DNA of 64,000 bases from Nitrosopumilus sp. (GTDB taxonomy: Archaea > Thermoproteota > Nitrososphaeria > Nitrososphaerales > Nitrosopumilaceae): contig OZ242041.1 of assembly GCA_965205215.1 (NCBI GenBank), forward strand, positions 704,001 to 768,000, in the 5' to 3' direction. Below are positions 58,832 to 64,000 of the stretch, in pieces (within the stretch, counting starts at the first letter, position 1; the number at the start of each line of letters is the position of its first letter). Below the pieces are notes generated by a model, which searched no databases, was not told the DNA's origin, and saw nothing but the letters and a program-made list of their open reading frames with translations. Made by a program: the position numbers and the translations under genes.

Positions 58832-59362
58832 TCAGCCGGCGCTGTCGATGCGGCAGCAGCTGCGGCTCTGCAGTCCGCGCGTGATCCACCATATTGAGAA
58901 CACGAGCACTCCGGCCGATATCATCTTGAGCTCCAGTCCCTGCATGGGGAACAGGGACAGCCCGCCCACCGCTCCCAGTATCACGGCCAAGGGCGCCGTG
59001 CACGCGGGGCAGCCCGGCGTGAATGCCGCAAAGATGCCGCCAAGTATGGGGGTGGCCGACCTTGCCGAGCCCGGCTTCTTTACAAGCAGGCTTGACATCA
59101 TCCTCATGCGCCTTATCTTGAACGCCATCAGGGCAAAGTTGATCCCCGCAAGCCCCGAGATGACTGCTGTAAGCGATATGGATGCCGCGATGTACGAGGG
59201 GGCGGCCGCCATTGCAACCCCCGACTCAAGGTGCAGGGGCAGCATGGACATCGTCAGTACGTAGTATACGGCGCCGAGCCCGGCCCCGCTTGCCGCGGCT
59301 ATCCCGGCGTACCTCCGCGTGCGGAGCACATCTTTAATGACCTGCATCTTGGTCTGCATCAT
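58832..59362 (-). CDS. Membrane protein with intramembrane CPAC motif
   Basis: Several TM helices, PGCPAC, C-terminal SCC. Confidence 0.7.
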   Translation of the reverse strand: MMQTKMQVIKDVLRTRRYAGIAAASGAGLGAVYYVLTMSMLPLHLESGVAMAAAPSYIAASISLTAVISGLAGINFALMAFKIRRMRMMSSLLVKKPGSARSATPILGGIFAAFTPGCPACTAPLAVILGAVGGLSLFPMQGLELKMISAGVLVFSIWWITRGLQSRSCCRIDSAG

Positions 59363-59509
59363 ACCAGTGACCGTAACCGCGTACGACTATTTTACCATTC
59401 TGCGGCCGCGGCCGCGGCCGCGGTAGCGGTAACTGATGCGGTTGCTGCAACTGTCACTGCCACGCGGCAGCGACGATGCTGCTGCTGCTGCTGCTGCTGT
59501 GATGCAGCG

Positions 59510-60403
59510 TCAGAACCCGCGCAATCCCTGGGGCCGCGCCACCTCGGGGTGCTGTCTGAGCCAGTCTATCTGGGAGAGCATCTCCAGCTTGTCCTGGGGG
59601 AATGTCCCCTTTATCATGTAGGCGTTGGAGCCGTGGTTTGCGCGGAATACCGTCTGGCTGCCGTCGCCGGGGACCTCTATCCCACTGACTATATCGTACA
59701 GCTCGTCGAGCGCCTCCCCGTCGTTTATCGTTGCAAACGGCTCTGCAAACTTGTCGTGAAACTCCTTCTTGATGCCCTCGTCAAGGTGCAGCGTGAGCGT
59801 CCCCACGTAGTTCGGGGCGCACGCGCTGATCACCTCTGCCGTGCCCCTTGCGTGCTCCTTCGAGTGCGCGGTGCCGCCGAGCCCCAGTATTATCATGCAC
59901 GACATGACGTACCCCGCGGCCTTTGCCTTGTTCACCGACTTTATGATGGTCTTTGCGATGGCCCCCTTTGTGACCTTTTTGAGTATCACGTCAGAGCCGC
60001 TCTCTATCCCCAGGTACAGCATGTCGAGGCCCGCCTCCTTCATGCGGCGCAGGTCGTCCTCGCTCTTCTTGAGTATGTTCATCGGCATCGCATAGCACGA
60101 TATGCGCTCGGCGCCTGCAAACTTTTCGCGTATGTACCTGGTTATCTTTATCATGTAGTCCGTGTCCAGGTTCAGCGCGTCCCCGTCGGCGAGGAAGAAG
60201 CGCCTCGCGTCAGGCTGGTATCTGGCCATCATGTCTATCTCCTCCCTGACTGCCTCCCAGGGCCTCTCCTCGTACTCCTTTGAGCGGTACATGTCGCAGA
60301 ACGAGCACTCGTTAAAGGAGCAGCCAAGCGTCACCTGGAATATCACGGACCGCGCCTCGGACGGCGGCCTGTACAGGGGCATGTCGTATGACAGCATACG
60401 CAT
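59510..60403 (-). CDS. Radical SAM protein
   Basis: YRPPSEA, GCSFNECSFC, YLGIESG, FRANHGSN. Confidence 0.9.
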   Translation of the reverse strand: MRMLSYDMPLYRPPSEARSVIFQVTLGCSFNECSFCDMYRSKEYEERPWEAVREEIDMMARYQPDARRFFLADGDALNLDTDYMIKITRYIREKFAGAERISCYAMPMNILKKSEDDLRRMKEAGLDMLYLGIESGSDVILKKVTKGAIAKTIIKSVNKAKAAGYVMSCMIILGLGGTAHSKEHARGTAEVISACAPNYVGTLTLHLDEGIKKEFHDKFAEPFATINDGEALDELYDIVSGIEVPGDGSQTVFRANHGSNAYMIKGTFPQDKLEMLSQIDWLRQHPEVARPQGLRGF

Positions 60404-60531
60404 GTATGGGCCGCCGCGTCGTTATATGCCTTTATTATCAGTACGGCCGCGCGCCGGGGCGGCGGGGGCCAAGGGCGTGCGGCCCGCTTTGGATAAAAGT
60501 AATTAAGATACGGGGGGCATCCAGCTCTCAC

Positions 60532-60816
60532 ATGGAGCCCCCGCTGCTTGTCCTGTCAATCATATCGCTTGTCAACATTGGCATACTGTCCGCGCTTATC
60601 GTGCTGTTTGCAAGGATGTTTGCCGCGACAAGGGCGCATCTGCCGCTCGGCATGATCGTGGTGGCCGTCTCGCTGCTGCTGAACAACGTGATAGGGGCGG
60701 CGGCATTCTTCTCGCACGACATGCTGATATCCGAGTCCGTATTCCCGTATATGCTGGCAGTCGGGATCACGGAGCTTGTGGGCCTGAGCATATTCCTCAA
60801 GATAACGATGGACTAA
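60532..60816 (+). CDS. Small hypothetical membrane protein
   Basis: Three TM helices; ATG 60532 after an AT-rich promoter. Confidence 0.65.
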   Translation: MEPPLLVLSIISLVNIGILSALIVLFARMFAATRAHLPLGMIVVAVSLLLNNVIGAAAFFSHDMLISESVFPYMLAVGITELVGLSIFLKITMD

Positions 60817-60843
60817 AAGTCAGGCTTTTGGTACAGTCCTGTA

Positions 60844-61383
60844 ATGCTGCGCGACTATGTCAGGCTGAACCAGAGCATGTTTGTCGCAATAGCCGTGGCG
60901 CTTCCGGTGTCCGCGGTCGCGGCCGATGCCCTGTCCGGACTGGAGCCGCACCTCAACGCCACGTACGCCACCATAGTGGACTATGCCGCGTATCTGGGCA
61001 CGTTCGGGCTCATGTTCTACATTACAAACAGGCACAGGTACAGGGCGGGCCCCAGCGGCCGGCCCGCCGAGGCCGATCCGCGCTCCGACCTCAAGAAGAT
61101 ACTCGCCTCGCTGGGGGCGGGCGAGGTGGCGTACGGGGTCGTCAGGTGGGTCCTGCACTACTACATGATTGACGCGTGGGGCTACGAGCCGTACGCGTCG
61201 TCGGTGACCGCCCAGGTGGCGGCAATTGCGGTGTATCTGGTTGTGATGAACCTGAGCGTGAAGGCCACTAGGATGTACAGCAGCAGCAGCAGCAGCAGCG
61301 GTAGCGGCAGCAGCAGCAGCGGTAGCGGCAGCAGCAGCAACAGCAACAGCGGTAGCGGCGGCGGCAAGGAGGGCCAGAAATAA
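60844..61383 (+). CDS. Membrane protein (GtrA-like) with poly-Ser tail
   Basis: Four hydrophobic segments; (AGC)n repeat at the 3' end. Confidence 0.65.
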   Translation: MLRDYVRLNQSMFVAIAVALPVSAVAADALSGLEPHLNATYATIVDYAAYLGTFGLMFYITNRHRYRAGPSGRPAEADPRSDLKKILASLGAGEVAYGVVRWVLHYYMIDAWGYEPYASSVTAQVAAIAVYLVVMNLSVKATRMYSSSSSSSGSGSSSSGSGSSSNSNSGSGGGKEGQK

Positions 61384-61407
61384 TACGTGCTGCCGCTAGG
61401 CCCCGGT

Positions 61408-61785
61408 ATGACAGTCAGCATGTACGTGGACGGCTCCGGAAGCCCAAGGGGCGGGTTTGGCTGGCTTGTAAAGGAGACAGGCGAGTCGCACTACGAGAGG
61501 CGCGACGACGTGACAAACAACCAGGCCGAGTACATGGCCATAATATCGGCCGTGCGGCACGCGCGCTCAAAATCGGGCGAACCGCCCTATGACGACGTGG
61601 TCATATACAGCGACTCCCTGAACACAGTAAAACAGCTCAACCACGAGTACGCCATAAACAACGAGGCGCTCCGGGAGCTTGCCATGAGGTGCTGGTCGGA
61701 GATTGCCGAATTTGGCGGCCGCCGGCCGGCCGTGCTCTGGGTCAGCCGCAAGGAGAATCCCGCAGGCAAGATGCTTGGCAGCTGA
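61408..61785 (+). CDS. rnhA: Ribonuclease HI
   Basis: YVDGS, TNNQAEY, YSDS, WVSRKEN. Confidence 0.88.
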   Translation: MTVSMYVDGSGSPRGGFGWLVKETGESHYERRDDVTNNQAEYMAIISAVRHARSKSGEPPYDDVVIYSDSLNTVKQLNHEYAINNEALRELAMRCWSEIAEFGGRRPAVLWVSRKENPAGKMLGS

Positions 61786-61906
61786 GGCGCATACGGCGGC
61801 GGCTTCTGCAGCCCCACTCCCCCCGATGCCACCATAACTGCGCGGGGCCGGTTCGCCCGGCTTGGACAAAAAACAGATTTATTGTATTGCCAAGCCTCGC
61901 AGGTCA

Positions 61907-64000
61907 GTGAGTGCTACATCTTCGTTCCTGTCCCCCAAGGCCATTGCCGTCATCGGGGCGTCCGACAAGAAGGGCAGCGTGGGGGCCACCATCACCTCCA
62001 ACATCATGCACGGCTTTAAGGGCAGGGTGTACCCGATCAGCCCCACTAGGGACACCGTGTTTGGCAAGAAGGCGTACAAGTCGGTCCTTGACATGCCCGC
62101 CAGGGCGGACCTGGCAGTCATAGTGATCAAGAACACGCTCGTGGCGCCGGTTCTGGAGGAGTGCGGCAAAAGGGGCATCAAGTCAGTCGTCATAATCACG
62201 GCTGGATTCAAGGAGGTCGACGAGAAGGGCGCCGCCATGGAGAGGCAGCTAAAGGAGATCGCAACCAAGTACGGCATCCACGTGATAGGGCCCAACTGCC
62301 TGGGCGTGATGAACCTCGACCCGAAGACCATGATGAACTCCACGTTCCTCAAGATCACCCCAAAGTCGGGCAAGATCGCGCTCGTATCGCAGTCGGGCGC
62401 CATCTGCGCGGCGCTGGTGGAGGACGCCAGCGCGCAGGGCATCGGATTCTCCGCGGTCGTCAGCCTAGGAAACAAGGCCGCCATGAGCGAGGTCGACGTG
62501 CTCAAGATCCTGGCAAACCACCGGCAGACCAAGGTCATCGTGATGTACCTTGAGGACATGGGCGACGGGCAGGAGTTCCTGCAGGTCTGCCGCGACATTA
62601 CAAAGCGCCTCAAAAAGCCCGTCCTCGTGCTAAAGTCGGGCCGCAGCCCCGAGGGCGCAAAGGCGGCCATGTCCCACACGGGCGCCCTGATGGGCTCCGA
62701 CGAGATATACGAGGCGCTGCTGCAGCAGAGCGGCGCCATCAGGGTGGACACGATGGAGGAGCTGTTCGACTACGCCACCGCGTTCTCAAAGCAGCCGCTC
62801 CCGACCAAGGGCGACCTGGTCATAGTATCAAACGCGGGGGGTCCCGCCATAATATCCACCGACGCCTGCTCAAAGGCCGGCATAAGGATGGCCGACATCT
62901 CCAGCATATCCTCAAAGATAGACGAGGTAATCCCGCCGTGGGGCAGCTCCCGCAACCCCGTCGACATAGTGGGCGACGCGGACTTTGAGCGGTTCCGCAA
63001 CGTGCTTGAACGCGTGCTGAAGCACCGCAACGTCGGCTCCGTCATTACGATGTGCACCCCGTCCGGGACCCTGGACTACGACGGCCTTGCCCGCGTCATA
63101 GTGGAGATGTCAAAAAAGCACAGAAAGACGATGCTTGCCAGCCTGATGGGCCTCGACGAGGGCACCACCAACCGCGATATCATGGCCGCAGGCGACGTCC
63201 CCTACTACACGTACGCGGAGGGCGCCATAAGGGCGCTAAAGGCGATGGTCAGGTTTGCGGGATGGGCGGGCTCGCCTGCCGACAAGCCCAGAAGGTTCGC
63301 GCGCGTCTCTAGGCCCGCCGTGAGGCGCATAATAGACGGGGCCCGCAGCCAGGGCCGCTCGGCCCTGCTGGAGGACGAGGGCAGGGACGTGCTGCAGGCG
63401 TACGGCCTGCCGCTCCCGGAGTCCGTCCTGGCCACCACCGCGAGCCGGGCGGTGTCCGCCGCGTCCAAGATCGGCTACCCGGTCGTAATGAAGATATCCT
63501 CGCCGCAGATCATACACAAGTCCGACGCCGGCGGCGTCATGGTGAACCTGAAGAGCGCCGCGGAGGTCCGCTCGGCGTTTGATGCCATAATGTCCAACGC
63601 CCGCAAGTACGACAAGAATGCGGAGCTGAGGGGCGTCATAGTGGCCGAGATGGTCTCAGGCGGCAAGGAGATGATCATCGGCTCCAAGCTCGAGCCTGGG
63701 TTCGGGCCCGTGATAATGCTGGGACTCGGAGGCATATACGTCGAGGTGCTCGGCGACGTCACGTTCAGGCTCGCCCCCGTGGGGGCCGCCGAGGCCGCCG
63801 CGATGCCGCTCTCCCTCCGCACCTCAAAGCTGCTCGGCGGCGTGCGGGGCGAGAAGCCGTCAGATGTGGCAAAGCTTGCAGAGTGCATACAGCGCCTGTC
63901 CCAGCTGGTCACGGACTTTGCCGACGAGATCGCGGAGCTTGACATGAACCCCGTGCTGGTGCTCGCCAAGGGCAAGGGGTGCCGCGTCCTTGACGTGAGG
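61907..64000 (+). CDS. ADP-forming acyl-CoA synthetase, likely 4-hydroxybutyryl-CoA synthetase (3HP/4HB cycle); runs off window end
   Basis: Manual translation from GTG 61907: LSPKAIAVIGASDKKGSVGATITSNIM...GPNCLG...SQSGAI...SHTGALMGS...NPVD...HKSDAGGV; resembles the thaumarchaeal 4-HB-CoA ligase as recalled. Confidence 0.88.
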   Translation, partial: MSATSSFLSPKAIAVIGASDKKGSVGATITSNIMHGFKGRVYPISPTRDTVFGKKAYKSVLDMPARADLAVIVIKNTLVAPVLEECGKRGIKSVVIITAGFKEVDEKGAAMERQLKEIATKYGIHVIGPNCLGVMNLDPKTMMNSTFLKITPKSGKIALVSQSGAICAALVEDASAQGIGFSAVVSLGNKAAMSEVDVLKILANHRQTKVIVMYLEDMGDGQEFLQVCRDITKRLKKPVLVLKSGRSPEGAKAAMSHTGALMGSDEIYEALLQQSGAIRVDTMEELFDYATAFSKQPLPTKGDLVIVSNAGGPAIISTDACSKAGIRMADISSISSKIDEVIPPWGSSRNPVDIVGDADFERFRNVLERVLKHRNVGSVITMCTPSGTLDYDGLARVIVEMSKKHRKTMLASLMGLDEGTTNRDIMAAGDVPYYTYAEGAIRALKAMVRFAGWAGSPADKPRRFARVSRPAVRRIIDGARSQGRSALLEDEGRDVLQAYGLPLPESVLATTASRAVSAASKIGYPVVMKISSPQIIHKSDAGGVMVNLKSAAEVRSAFDAIMSNARKYDKNAELRGVIVAEMVSGGKEMIIGSKLEPGFGPVIMLGLGGIYVEVLGDVTFRLAPVGAAEAAAMPLSLRTSKLLGGVRGEKPSDVAKLAECIQRLSQLVTDFADEIAELDMNPVLVLAKGKGCRVLDVR

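Noticed and set aside
59402-59500. GCGGCC and (TGC)n repeats as a regulatory element or poly-Cys ORF
   Set aside because: Same microsatellite tendency as elsewhere in the window; no supported reading frame

Overview
GC-rich chromosome segment of an ammonia-oxidising archaeon (Nitrososphaerota, Nitrosopumilaceae-like; possibly a Cenarchaeum-like or sponge-associated lineage, which is inference). The core regions (1-47.5 kb and 57-64 kb) carry a cytochrome-c-free heme-copper oxidase cluster, the his operon, class II HMG-CoA reductase, tiaS, dph2, csl4, pheA, guaB, guaA, asd, aspartate kinase, ilvE, late cobalamin genes, rpl44e/rps27e, a thermosome subunit, MptE/FolP, RNase HI and the start of the 4-hydroxybutyryl-CoA synthetase of the 3HP/4HB cycle. 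There are two tRNA genes: initiator Met with a D-loop intron, and Val-TAC. A lower-GC, integrase-free, defence-rich island of about 9.3 kb follows tRNA-Val. It appears to be two stacked islets, each ending in a homologous palindromic, tRNA-derived att-like site. The most notable observations are (i) an exact 8-codon inversion that removes the catalytic Glu of an EcoRII-like restriction enzyme, (ii) a candidate structured ncRNA with a 5S rRNA beta-domain-like layout, (iii) the stacked att-like repeats, (iv) a Cys-rich microprotein missing from the ORF track, (v) an apparent CTG start for hisF, and (vi) widespread low-complexity insertions in housekeeping enzymes. All family assignments come from motif recognition by eye; no searches were run.
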